Positions 9,012-18,322 of a stretch of DNA of 64,000 nucleotides are shown here, in pieces; position 1 is the first letter of the stretch; the number at the start of each line of letters is the position of its first letter. A program made the translations under genes and the position numbers. The notes under the pieces were generated by a model, which worked only from the letters and a program-made list of their open reading frames with translations, had not been told where the DNA came from and made no database searches. This DNA comes from Chloroflexota bacterium (GTDB lineage: Bacteria > Chloroflexota > Anaerolineae > UBA1429), in NCBI GenBank assembly GCA_012719135.1, contig JAAYAW010000085.1:2067-66066 (forward strand), written 5' to 3'.

Positions 9012-9746
9012 ATGTGGCTCAAACCGTCCGGTTACATCGCTAGTGCCGTTGCAGCTGGGGCCGTGGCAGCGGCCGGTGTGAGTGCCGCCGTTGCGCAGGC
9101 GCACTCCCTGTTGGTCCTCTGGGTGCTCGTAGATTTGTGCATGGGTACTTTGGCCCGCAGCGTTCGCGTTCTGGCTCGTGGCAGTGCGCGCCGCTCCAAC
9201 TCGCCGGAGAGGCACCCTCTCTTCCCCGCCTGGAGTGCGGTGATCGGGTCACTGGCCGTGGGCGCAGGACTCTCTCTGACCGTGCCGGTGCCGCTGCGTG
9301 TCGCAGCCGGTGCGGTCGCGCTGCTTACGATCCTGGTGGGGCTGGGCATGCGGGGAATCTCAGTGCGGCGGGCGGAGGCTCTGGCCGGGGGGCTGCTGGT
9401 GGTGGCGGCCTGGACGATGTCCTGCTTGCTGCTGGACGGTCTCCCTCCTCTGTGTCTGGGCTTGGGTGCACTGGCGGGCCTGGGCACGCTGGCTCGGCTC
9501 TGGGAGGGTGCGGCGTCGCGCCCGTGGGGTCTGTGGCTGTGCCGCCTGAGCTGGGCCGGTCTGGCGGGGATTCTCGTGGCTGCAAAGCAGCCGCTCTTGG
9601 GGGGGATCGTGGTTCTTACGGCCTGCGCTGACGAGTTGCTTCGTCTTCAGCCGGCCCGGCGTGCACGAGCCGGCGCGCTGGCCGATGTAGCGTGGGCCTC
9701 GGCCTGGTTCCTCGTGGCCTTTGCCTCCACCTACTGGGCGACGTGA
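9012..9746 (+). CDS. hypothetical polytopic membrane protein
   Basis: 244 aa, Ala/Leu/Gly-rich with about 6 hydrophobic segments. Stop overlaps the start of the next gene (gtgATGgcg). A promoter-like element lies upstream. Recognisable only as a membrane protein. Confidence 0.45.
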   Translation: MWLKPSGYIASAVAAGAVAAAGVSAAVAQAHSLLVLWVLVDLCMGTLARSVRVLARGSARRSNSPERHPLFPAWSAVIGSLAVGAGLSLTVPVPLRVAAGAVALLTILVGLGMRGISVRRAEALAGGLLVVAAWTMSCLLLDGLPPLCLGLGALAGLGTLARLWEGAASRPWGLWLCRLSWAGLAGILVAAKQPLLGGIVVLTACADELLRLQPARRARAGALADVAWASAWFLVAFASTYWAT

Positions 9747-10462
9747 TGGCGATCTGGATCTTGCCCGCTGTGGCGCTGGTCGCCGCCCTGCTCTACTGGC
9801 TGCTCATCATCACGGAGGGGACCTACCTCGGTACACGCGCGGTCGTCGTGATGTATGATTGGACGGCGCGCAGGTATAATCGGATCAAGCGGCTGCATTC
9901 GGTATACGAAGTGTACTTTTTGGGCGTACCGATGTTGGAGGCGCTGGCGGCCGTGCCGGATGCGCGCGTCCTGGATGTGGCGACGGGAACAGGGCGCCTG
10001 CCGGCCGCCCTTGTGACCGGCGACGGCTTTCCCGGCCAGATCGTCGGCGTGGACCACTCCAGGCCGATGTTGGTGGAGGCTGCCGGCGCCCTGGATCCGG
10101 GCCTCTCTCAGGTCGCCTGGGTACAGGGTGACGCCCATGCGCTGATGTTTGCGGATGCCGTCTTTGATGGCGTTGCTTGTCTGGAAGCGCTAGAGTTCAT
10201 GCGTGATCCGCGTGCCGTGGTACGAGAGATGATTCGAGTGCTCAAGCCGGGAGGCATCATGCTGGTCTCCAACCGGATCGGCTGGGAGTCCTGGTTCTTC
10301 CCGGGGCGATACTGTCGGCGTGGCGCGATGGAGAGGCTGCTGCGGCGTGACGGTATGGAGGCCATCGATACCCATCTATGGCAGACCTATTACGATCTGA
10401 TATGGTGCGCCAAGCCTCGCGCTGGAATACCTGAGGATTTGAGGGGGGCAGATGAAGCGTGA
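9746..10462 (+). CDS. class I SAM-dependent methyltransferase with N-terminal transmembrane anchor
   Basis: N-terminal hydrophobic helix (MAIWILPAVALVAALLYWLLII), then MTase motif I VLDVATGTGRLP and post-I/II motifs (VDHS...AWVQGDAHAL...VLKPGGIMLV). Start set at the ATG at 9746, which overlaps the upstream stop. Confidence 0.75.
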   Translation: MAIWILPAVALVAALLYWLLIITEGTYLGTRAVVVMYDWTARRYNRIKRLHSVYEVYFLGVPMLEALAAVPDARVLDVATGTGRLPAALVTGDGFPGQIVGVDHSRPMLVEAAGALDPGLSQVAWVQGDAHALMFADAVFDGVACLEALEFMRDPRAVVREMIRVLKPGGIMLVSNRIGWESWFFPGRYCRRGAMERLLRRDGMEAIDTHLWQTYYDLIWCAKPRAGIPEDLRGADEA

Positions 10463-11375
10463 TTTCGTGGCTTTGGAGGACCTGCGGCCGGAGGAACTGC
10501 GCGAGATACTGGATCTGGCCGTCTCGATGAAGCGAGATTGGGTCGCTGGCCGGCGCGCCCCCCTCCTGCCGGAGCGCACGCTCTCCATGATCTTTCAAAA
10601 GCCCTCTCTGCGCACTCGCACGTCCTTTGACATCGGCATGTACCAACTGGGGGGCCATGCTGTGTATCTGTCGCCGGACGAGATCCAGCTTGGCCACCGC
10701 GAGAGCATCGCCGATGCTGCGCGCGTACTGAGCCGCTACAGCGACGCAATCATGGCGCGTGTCTTTGCACATAGCGATGTGGTGGATCTGGCGCGCTGGG
10801 CCTCGGTACCGGTGATCAACGGTCTGTCGGACTATGATCATCCTTGCCAGGGAGTTGCCGATTTCCTGACCATCCTGCAACGGCTCGGGCAGTTGAAGGA
10901 TGTGCGTCTGACCTACCTCGGGGACGGCAATAATGTGCTTCACTCCCTGCTGATTGGCGGTGCCATGCTCGGCATGCACATCGTGGCCGCTACGCCTGTG
11001 GATTACCGGCCTCTCCCCGGTGTTGTCCAGAAGGCCGAGGCGTTGGCCCGTTCGTCCGGAGGGAGCGTCACGCTCACCGCCGATCCCATCGAGGCCGTGC
11101 GCGAGGCTCACGTGCTCTACACGGATACATGGACCAGCATGGGGCAGGAAGAAGAGGCGGCTGCGCGGCGCCAAGTGTTCCCTGCCTACCAGATCAACGA
11201 CGCGCTGTTGGCAAGGGGCGCCGCGATAGAGGGCGTTATGCATTGCTTGCCCGCTCATCGCGGTGAGGAGATCACCGATGCAGTCGCTGATGGTGAACGG
11301 TCCTGGCTCTGGGATCAGGCCGAAAACCGCCTGCACGGGCAGAAGGCGATTCTGGTGCATCTGCTGAAGGAGTAA
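10452..11375 (+). CDS. argF: ornithine carbamoyltransferase
   Basis: 307 aa; carbamoyl-phosphate binding STRTR, ornithine-binding HPCQ and HCLP motifs. Full-length similarity to OTCases. Confidence 0.95.
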   Translation: MKRDFVALEDLRPEELREILDLAVSMKRDWVAGRRAPLLPERTLSMIFQKPSLRTRTSFDIGMYQLGGHAVYLSPDEIQLGHRESIADAARVLSRYSDAIMARVFAHSDVVDLARWASVPVINGLSDYDHPCQGVADFLTILQRLGQLKDVRLTYLGDGNNVLHSLLIGGAMLGMHIVAATPVDYRPLPGVVQKAEALARSSGGSVTLTADPIEAVREAHVLYTDTWTSMGQEEEAAARRQVFPAYQINDALLARGAAIEGVMHCLPAHRGEEITDAVADGERSWLWDQAENRLHGQKAILVHLLKE

Positions 11376-11378
11376 CGC

Positions 11379-12221
11379 GTGGCCAACATCCTGTGGCTCC
11401 TGTCCAGGCTGGATCTGCGCAATCTCATCGACATCCTGTTGGTGGCTGGCATCATCTACGGCGTGCTGGTAATGGTCCAGGGCACCCAGGCGGTGCAGCT
11501 CTTGCGTGGTGTGATCCTGTTGGCGATGGCCGTGTCGCTTTTTGGCAGCATCGCCGACCTGACGGCGATCAACTGGCTGCTGCGCAGCACGGGGCAGGCG
11601 CTGTTGGTGGTGGTGGCGATCGTCCTCCAGCCGGAGCTTCGTCGAGCACTGGACCGGCTTGGGCGTGCCGGGGGCATCACCCTGTGGACGAGCGGTCGCG
11701 AGATCCAGATCGACCGCGTGATCGCGGAGATCGCTTCCGCCTGCCGGCGCCTGTCGGAGAGACGCCACGGGGCGCTGATCGTGATCGAGCGTGACACGGG
11801 CCTGCAGGATCATATCGATACCGGCGTGCTCGTGGACAGCGCTGTGGCCGGGCCGCTTCTGCAGACGGTGTTCTACCCGAACACGGCGCTCCACGACGGC
11901 GCGGTGATCATCCGCGGTGACCGTATTGTCGCCGCCTCATGTGTGCTCCCTCTGGCAGAGACCATCGTCTCGGACAGCCACCTCGGTACCCGACATCGGG
12001 CAGCGGTGGGCATCACCGAACAGACCGACGCCATCGCCGTTGTGGTCAGCGAAGAGACGGGAATCATATCGATGGCGCGCAACGGGCGCATCGTCAGGCA
12101 TCTCGATGAACGCAGGCTGACGACCCTGCTCCAGGCGCTTCTCAGGCCTCGCCGCGAGAACTCTGGCGTGTTGAGCCGCAACCATCGGGCAGAAGGCGGC
12201 GGCACTGAAGGATCGACATAG
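11379..12221 (+). CDS. cdaA: diadenylate cyclase CdaA (c-di-AMP synthase)
   Basis: N-terminal TM helices plus DAC domain with DGA(V) and the GTRHRAA motif (HLGTRHRAAVGITEQTDAIAVVVSEETG). Confidence 0.9.
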   Translation: MANILWLLSRLDLRNLIDILLVAGIIYGVLVMVQGTQAVQLLRGVILLAMAVSLFGSIADLTAINWLLRSTGQALLVVVAIVLQPELRRALDRLGRAGGITLWTSGREIQIDRVIAEIASACRRLSERRHGALIVIERDTGLQDHIDTGVLVDSAVAGPLLQTVFYPNTALHDGAVIIRGDRIVAASCVLPLAETIVSDSHLGTRHRAAVGITEQTDAIAVVVSEETGIISMARNGRIVRHLDERRLTTLLQALLRPRRENSGVLSRNHRAEGGGTEGST

Positions 12222-12245
12222 GTTGAGCGAGAGCGGAGCACTCCC

Positions 12246-13541
12246 TTGAACAAGCAGACGCTGGAGCGCATCGGTACGGCTATGCTGGCCTTGGCGTTGT
12301 CCCTGATCATCTGGGTCAACGCCACGTACGAGACCGACAAGCCTAGCGAGGACTATTTCCCCGCGGAGATTCCGATTCAGGTCCTGGGCAGGCCCGACGA
12401 CCTTGCGGTCATGAATGGATCCGCGGATACAGTTCGTGTCCGCATACGTGCGTTTGCCTCAAGTTGGGAGACCCTGACGGAGGATGACTTTGTCGCCAGC
12501 GCCGACTGGAGCGATCTCACCACCGGAGTCCACGTGATTCCGATCAACGTCGTGGTGTCCGACCCCACGGTAACGATCGTGAGCGTGCATCCGCAAGCCA
12601 TGACGGTGCGCGTCGAGTTGCTCGCCACGAGCCTGCGGACGGTCGATATCCGCGTGTTGGGCGATAACGAGATTCCTATGGGATACAGGGCATCTGCACC
12701 AGTGGCCAATCCCGACGAGGTGACGATCTCTGGCCCCTCTACCGAGATCGACAAGGTGGTGAGGGTCGAGGGTGAGGTCTCGGTGGTGGGCCAACGGGCA
12801 GATCTGGACCGGCTGGTTACGCTGCGGCCACTGGACAGCGGTGGGCAGATCGTGGAGTCGGTGGATATCAACCCCGCTGCCGTGCGCGTCCAGGTAATGA
12901 TCGAAAAGCGTGAGGACTACCGCGAAGTGGCCGTCCGGGTGCGGACGACCGGCCAGCCCGCCCGCGGCTATTTTGTCAGCAGCGTCAACGTGCTTCCTGC
13001 CACCGTCACGCTGGTGGGGCCTCCGGCGGCGATCGAGGCTTTGGGCAGCCTGGTGGAGACACTGGAGGATCTCGACGTGACCCAGGCCAACCGCATGGTT
13101 GCTGCACGCATGGAGCTGGACCTCCCAGAGGGCGTCTCCGTGATGGGCGCCCCCGCAGGCGAACCCTATGAAGTGCTGGTGACCGTAGGCATCGATGCCG
13201 TGACTGGCGGCACGACGGTGGAGCTCCCCCTGCGTGCGCAGCGCCTCCAGGAGGGGCTACAGGTCGGGCAGTTCGTGCCCGTGATCGACGTAATCCTCAC
13301 CGGGCCAGCGGTGGTGCTTGACGAGTTGCAGACGGATCGCCTGAGTGCCGTGCTGGATCTCAGCGGGCTCGGTCCGGGAACCCACCAGATCCGGCCCATC
13401 GTGAATATCAATACCGACGGGGCCCCGGATCTCGCGGACCTTGAAGTCAAAGACGTGCTACCGCAGTACGTGGAAGTGACGATCACCGAGATCGCAACGC
13501 CTGCGCCAACGCCCTCGGCGCGTGCAACGCCCACACCCTGA
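12246..13541 (+). CDS. cdaR: CdaA regulatory protein CdaR (YbbR-like domains)
   Basis: 431 aa; N-terminal signal-anchor then repeated YbbR-like beta-domains. Canonical position immediately downstream of cdaA. Confidence 0.8.
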   Translation: MNKQTLERIGTAMLALALSLIIWVNATYETDKPSEDYFPAEIPIQVLGRPDDLAVMNGSADTVRVRIRAFASSWETLTEDDFVASADWSDLTTGVHVIPINVVVSDPTVTIVSVHPQAMTVRVELLATSLRTVDIRVLGDNEIPMGYRASAPVANPDEVTISGPSTEIDKVVRVEGEVSVVGQRADLDRLVTLRPLDSGGQIVESVDINPAAVRVQVMIEKREDYREVAVRVRTTGQPARGYFVSSVNVLPATVTLVGPPAAIEALGSLVETLEDLDVTQANRMVAARMELDLPEGVSVMGAPAGEPYEVLVTVGIDAVTGGTTVELPLRAQRLQEGLQVGQFVPVIDVILTGPAVVLDELQTDRLSAVLDLSGLGPGTHQIRPIVNINTDGAPDLADLEVKDVLPQYVEVTITEIATPAPTPSARATPTP

Positions 13542-13560
13542 TCTATAGATACGGAGTGAT

Positions 13561-14889
13561 ATGTCCTCAAAACCCGTGCTGGCCTTGGTTGGCCGGCCCA
13601 ACGTAGGCAAGTCTACCCTGTTCAACCGCCTTGTGGGCGGTCGCCAGGCGATCGTGGAGGACACGCCGGGCACCACGCGCGACAGGCACTATGCCGACGC
13701 CGAGTGGGGCGGGCGCGTTTTCTCCATTATCGATACTGGCGGCCTCATCCTTGCTGATACGGACAACCTCACCGAGCAGGTGCGGGCCCAGGCGGAGGTC
13801 GCCATTCAGGAGGCGGACGCTATCGTCTTCCTGACCGACGTCCTGGATGGTGTGACGGCAGACGACTACCTGATCGCTGATCTCTTGAGGCGGACAGAGA
13901 AGCCTGTTCTGCTGGTGGTCAACAAGGTGGACAGCCAGAAGCGTGATCTGGGAGCGCTCGAGTTCTACGCGCTTGGACTGGGCGATCCACTGTCGATCTC
14001 GGCCGAGCGCGGGCTGAACACCGGAGACCTGCTGGATGCGATCATCAAAGTGCTGCCCGATGCCCCCGCTGAAGAGGAGGACGCTGACGCCGTCCACATT
14101 GCGCTCGTAGGACGCACGAACGTCGGCAAGTCATCGCTCCTCAACCGTCTTCTGGGTGAGGAGCGCGTGATTGTGTCCGATATTCCGGGTACCACGCGCG
14201 ACACCATTGACACGCGCCTCAGCTATGATGGCCAGGATATCGTTCTCATCGATACGGCCGGGATTCGGAGGCGCGGCCGCATCGAGCAAGGCATCGAAAA
14301 GTACAGCGTCTTGCGCTCGATGCGAGCGATTGCGCGCGCGGACGTCACGCTGCTGATCGTCGATGCGACCGAGGGGGTGACGGCGCAGGATGCACATATC
14401 GCAGGGTATGTGCTGGAGGAGCGAAAGAGCGTCGTCGTCGTCGTCAACAAGTGGGATCTGGTGGAAAAGGACAGCCACACCCTCGCTGCCTATCAGCAGT
14501 ACGTTCTGGATGAGCTCAAGTTCATGCCCTGGGTGCCGGTGGTGTTCGTCTCGGCCCTGACAGGCCAGCGCGTGACGCGCCTGATGCCTATCGCCATGCG
14601 GGTCTATGAAGAGCGTCATGCTCGGATCACGACGGGGCGCCTGAACGCCCTCATGCGAGATGCCATCGCCAAGAGCTCCCCACCCACCTCTGCGGGCCGC
14701 AAACTGCGTTTCTACTATGGCACCCAGGCGAGCGGCGATCCGCCCAACTTTGTGTTCTTTGTAAACGACCCGGAGCTTGTGCACTTTGGCTACCGGCGCT
14801 ACCTGGAGAACCGCATTCGCGAGGCGTACGCCTTTGAGGGCACGCCCATCGAACTCACGTTCAGAGGGCGTGAGCCGGAACGGGATTAG
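13561..14889 (+). CDS. der: ribosome-associated GTPase Der (EngA)
   Basis: Two tandem GTP-binding domains (GRPNVGKST...DTPG; GRTNVGKSS...DTAG) and a C-terminal KH-like domain. 442 aa. Confidence 0.95.
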   Translation: MSSKPVLALVGRPNVGKSTLFNRLVGGRQAIVEDTPGTTRDRHYADAEWGGRVFSIIDTGGLILADTDNLTEQVRAQAEVAIQEADAIVFLTDVLDGVTADDYLIADLLRRTEKPVLLVVNKVDSQKRDLGALEFYALGLGDPLSISAERGLNTGDLLDAIIKVLPDAPAEEEDADAVHIALVGRTNVGKSSLLNRLLGEERVIVSDIPGTTRDTIDTRLSYDGQDIVLIDTAGIRRRGRIEQGIEKYSVLRSMRAIARADVTLLIVDATEGVTAQDAHIAGYVLEERKSVVVVVNKWDLVEKDSHTLAAYQQYVLDELKFMPWVPVVFVSALTGQRVTRLMPIAMRVYEERHARITTGRLNALMRDAIAKSSPPTSAGRKLRFYYGTQASGDPPNFVFFVNDPELVHFGYRRYLENRIREAYAFEGTPIELTFRGREPERD

Positions 14890-14938
14890 GCGTCCGGTAG
14901 CGGGCACAGACATAGGAGCCCGCCCCGAGCAGACGTGC

Positions 14939-16942
14939 TCAACGCAGTTGCAGGATGAGGACGTCCTTCGGCGCCAGCGTCAGCGTGCCCGCCATCTCGC
15001 GGCCGGAGAGAAGGTCCTGGGCAGGCGAGGGCATGGTGAGCTGGCACTCGGTGTCGAGGTGGTTCAACACGAGCGTGTAGGTCCGTCCGCCGGCGCTGCG
15101 CTGCGCGATCTCCACGCCCTCGCACGCCTCCAGCGGCGCCCGGATGCCCTTTTCATCGCACAGTGTGAGGACGAGATCGGTGAGTAAAGACTGCTCCATG
15201 TCACTGGCGACGTACAGGGCCCGCCCCTCTCCAAAGGTGTGGTCTGTGATGGCCGGGTACCCGGCGTAGAACTCGCCCGCGAATTGGGCACGGGCCACGG
15301 CTCCCTCGAGATGAAGCAGGTCACACAGCACGTGTGCAGAATAGGTGCCGCTGATTCGTCCCCAGCGCTCTGTCGAGACGGGAACGCCCTGTCCCTCCAG
15401 GAGCGCATCGTGCTCCTCCACCCAGATCCCCAGCACTTGGCGCAGACCGCCTGGATAGCCTTCTCCTGTCGCCAGGTCGTTCTCATCGACGATGCCGCTA
15501 AAGTGCCCGACGACCAGTGTCCCACCCTGCCGGACGTATTCGGTCAAGCGCTCGGCGACGCCGGGGCGGAGCATGTACAGCATCGGCGCTATGACGATGT
15601 CGTAGCTTTCCAGCGCTGAATCCGGGCTGACGACGTCGGTGGCGATGTTCGCGCTCCACAGGGCTCTGTAGTACTTTTTGCAGCTCGCGACATAGTCCAG
15701 ATCGCAGCTTGGCCGCACCGAGTAGTCGATCCCCCACCAGTTCTCCCAGTCAAACAGGACGGCACAGCGAGCGTTCTGCCGCGTGTCCACCAGCGCTTCT
15801 CCCAGGGACTCGAGCTCTGCACCCAGGCTGGCTACCTCCTGAAATACGCGTGTGCGCTCGTGGCCCACATGGTCGACGATCGCCCCGTGCATCTTCTCCG
15901 GCCCTCCACGAGCCCGTCGGAACTGGAAGAACATGACGGTGTCCGCACCGTGGGCCACGGCCTGGTAGCTCCAAAGCCGCATCACGCCTGGGCGCTTGAG
16001 TTGGTTTCTGGGCATCCAGTTCACCTGGCTTGGCGTCTGTTCCATCAGCATAAAGGGCTGCCCGCCCCGCAGCCCGCGCATCAACTCATGCTTGAAGGCG
16101 ACGCTGCTGGGGTGTTCGTCCGGGAAGGGGTAGCTGTCCCATGAGACGACATCGAGATAGGGCGCCCAGCTGTGGTAGTTGAGTGGCCTAAAGTGTCCCA
16201 TGAGGTTCGTGGTGATCGCCACATCCGGGCAGACGGACCTGATCGCGTCATACTCGTTTCGATAGCAGGCGAGCAGCGAGTCGTTCTGAAAGCGGTCATA
16301 GTCCAGGAGCATCGGCATGTTGTTACGCTCGCCGTTGGTCGTCGGCGTCTCGATCTCGGCCCATTGGGTTAGCCCATGGCTCCAAAAGTTGTTGTTCCAA
16401 GCGGCGTTGACGGCATCCAGCGATCCATACCTCGCCTTGAGCCAGTCACGAAAGGCCTCGGCACAGAGCTCACAGTAGCAGTGCGTACCGTACTCGTTAG
16501 CGATGTGCCAGGCGACGAGGGCGGAATGATCCTTGTAGCGTGTGGCCAGGCGCAGTGTTAGCTCGCGCGATAGCCGCCTGTAAGTCGGGCTGTTCGGGCA
16601 AAAGTTGGTACGCCCTCCGTGCTTGTGCCGGATGCCCTGTACGTCGGTGCGCAGGATGTCCGGATACCGCAGTGACATCCAGGCCGGTTGGGCGGCGGTC
16701 GAGGTCGCGATACACGCATAGACGCCGGCCGATGCGAGTTTGTCCAGGATTCGATCCAGCCAGGCAAAGTCGTACCGGTCCTCGACGGGTTGCAGCAGGG
16801 TCCAGCTGAACACTGGCAGGGTGACCACATCCACATGCGCGAGCTTCATCAGCTGCACGTCTTCGTCCCAGACTTCCTCGGGCCATTGGTCGGGGTTGTA
16901 GTCGGCGCCGTACCAGATCTTGTCGAGTTTGTGGCTGATCAT
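14939..16942 (-). CDS. beta-galactosidase, glycoside hydrolase family 42
   Basis: GH42 hallmarks (YGADYNPDQWPEEVW..., catalytic NEYG, C-terminal trimerisation/beta-sandwich domains). Start moved to the conserved MISHKLDKIWYGADYNP, M9 of the track ORF. Confidence 0.9.
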   Translation of the reverse strand: MISHKLDKIWYGADYNPDQWPEEVWDEDVQLMKLAHVDVVTLPVFSWTLLQPVEDRYDFAWLDRILDKLASAGVYACIATSTAAQPAWMSLRYPDILRTDVQGIRHKHGGRTNFCPNSPTYRRLSRELTLRLATRYKDHSALVAWHIANEYGTHCYCELCAEAFRDWLKARYGSLDAVNAAWNNNFWSHGLTQWAEIETPTTNGERNNMPMLLDYDRFQNDSLLACYRNEYDAIRSVCPDVAITTNLMGHFRPLNYHSWAPYLDVVSWDSYPFPDEHPSSVAFKHELMRGLRGGQPFMLMEQTPSQVNWMPRNQLKRPGVMRLWSYQAVAHGADTVMFFQFRRARGGPEKMHGAIVDHVGHERTRVFQEVASLGAELESLGEALVDTRQNARCAVLFDWENWWGIDYSVRPSCDLDYVASCKKYYRALWSANIATDVVSPDSALESYDIVIAPMLYMLRPGVAERLTEYVRQGGTLVVGHFSGIVDENDLATGEGYPGGLRQVLGIWVEEHDALLEGQGVPVSTERWGRISGTYSAHVLCDLLHLEGAVARAQFAGEFYAGYPAITDHTFGEGRALYVASDMEQSLLTDLVLTLCDEKGIRAPLEACEGVEIAQRSAGGRTYTLVLNHLDTECQLTMPSPAQDLLSGREMAGTLTLAPKDVLILQLR

Positions 16943-16987
16943 GTGGTCTCCCCCTTGCCTGCACAACGCCGGGTAACCCGCGCGTGG

Positions 16988-18322
16988 CTAGTGCCCGTCG
17001 TCCGTCTCCACATCGCCGATCATGGACCAGGGGCCCGTCCAGGTGATACGGACCCGCGCGAGGCGGCCCCTCCAGTCAGCTGGATCGTCAAAAAAGACGA
17101 GTTTGTTGCTGGCTGTTCGGCCGCGCCATCGGCCCCGCTGGCGATCCTCCACCAGGATCTCTACGGTCCTGCCCCGGAGGCGCGCATTGATTTCGCCGGT
17201 GATCTCGGTCTGCAGACTCTCCAGCGCGAGCCGTCGGCGTTCCTTTTCCTCTGGTGGCACGTCGTCCGGCCACGTCGCGGCCGCCGTTCCTGTGCGAACG
17301 GAATAGGCTGCGATGTGCACCTGGTCAAAACGGAGCTCCCGTGCGAGCTCCAGGGTTCTCTCGAACTGCTCCTCGGTCTCGCCGCAAAAACCTACGATGA
17401 TATCGGTGTTGATGGCTGCGCCGGGTATGGCGGCACGGATGCGGGCCACGACGTCTCGGTAGCGATCGATTGTGTACCCTCGCGCCATCCGCCGCAGCAC
17501 AGCGTCATCTCCCGCCTGTACCGGAAGCTCCCACGACGGGCAAACCTTGCCGAGCTGAGCGGCAGCGTCGATGATCCGCTGGCTCATCTCGCGAGGATGC
17601 GAGGTCAGGAAGCGCAATCGGAGCAGCCCGGGGATCTCATGCACGGCAGCAAGCACATCCGCGAGGTCCACACCGTCGTCCAGATCCGAACCGTAGGCGT
17701 CCACGTTCTGCCCAAGAAGGGTGATCTCTCGCGCTCCCCGTGAGACCAGATCCCGTGCTTCGGCAAGGATGTCGCTCAGCGGACGGCTTTGCTGTGGTCC
17801 GCGGCGTTCGGTGATGATGCAGTAGGTGCAGTGGTGGTCACAGCCATAGCTGATCGGCACCATCTCGCTCACCTGAACCGCCCGCAGAGGGCCCGATAGC
17901 TGTCCTTCCCCGTGCCGGCCATCCAGATAGGAGAGCAGGCCCTGGACGTCCGAGGGTGCAAAGAACCCGTCCACGTCACGAAAGCGAGCCGAGAGCTCGA
18001 CAGCATCGCCGACAATGCAACCCATGACGAGGAGTATCCGGCGGTGCTCCGGATCTCGAGCCAATGGCTCCAGCGATGATAGCCTCCCGACCACCTTGTC
18101 CTCGGCGCTCTGCCGGACGACGCAGGTGTTGAGGATCAGCACGTCGGCATCTTCCGGCCGGCGGGAAGCGGCGTAGCCCCGCGCCTCCAGCGCTTCTGCC
18201 AGACGCCGCGAGTCCGCTTGATTCATCTGGCAGCCGATGGTCCACAGATAGTACCGGCGCGCAGCATCCGTCGGTGGATCACCGGTGGTTGCGTCTGCAT
18301 CGATACCCGCACTAGGAGGCAT
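16988..18322 (-). CDS. miaB: tRNA-2-methylthio-N6-dimethylallyladenosine synthase
   Basis: MTTase N-terminal domain ([15 protein letters not shown]), radical [11 protein letters not shown] motif, C-terminal TRAM domain. Start taken at ATG 18322 (MPPSAGID), which overlaps the uvrA stop by 11 nt. Confidence 0.9.
   Translation of the reverse strand: MPPSAGIDADATTGDPPTDAARRYYLWTIGCQMNQADSRRLAEALEARGYAASRRPEDADVLILNTCVVRQSAEDKVVGRLSSLEPLARDPEHRRILLVMGCIVGDAVELSARFRDVDGFFAPSDVQGLLSYLDGRHGEGQLSGPLRAVQVSEMVPISYGCDHHCTYCIITERRGPQQSRPLSDILAEARDLVSRGAREITLLGQNVDAYGSDLDDGVDLADVLAAVHEIPGLLRLRFLTSHPREMSQRIIDAAAQLGKVCPSWELPVQAGDDAVLRRMARGYTIDRYRDVVARIRAAIPGAAINTDIIVGFCGETEEQFERTLELARELRFDQVHIAAYSVRTGTAAATWPDDVPPEEKERRRLALESLQTEITGEINARLRGRTVEILVEDRQRGRWRGRTASNKLVFFDDPADWRGRLARVRITWTGPWSMIGDVETDDGH

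Noticed and set aside
10257-11894. 545-aa minus-strand ORF
   Set aside because: Completely overlaps argF and cdaA, both of which have strong motif support. No recognisable domains.
16688-17743. 351-aa plus-strand ORF
   Set aside because: Straddles the bgaB/miaB boundary, antisense to both. A shadow ORF.
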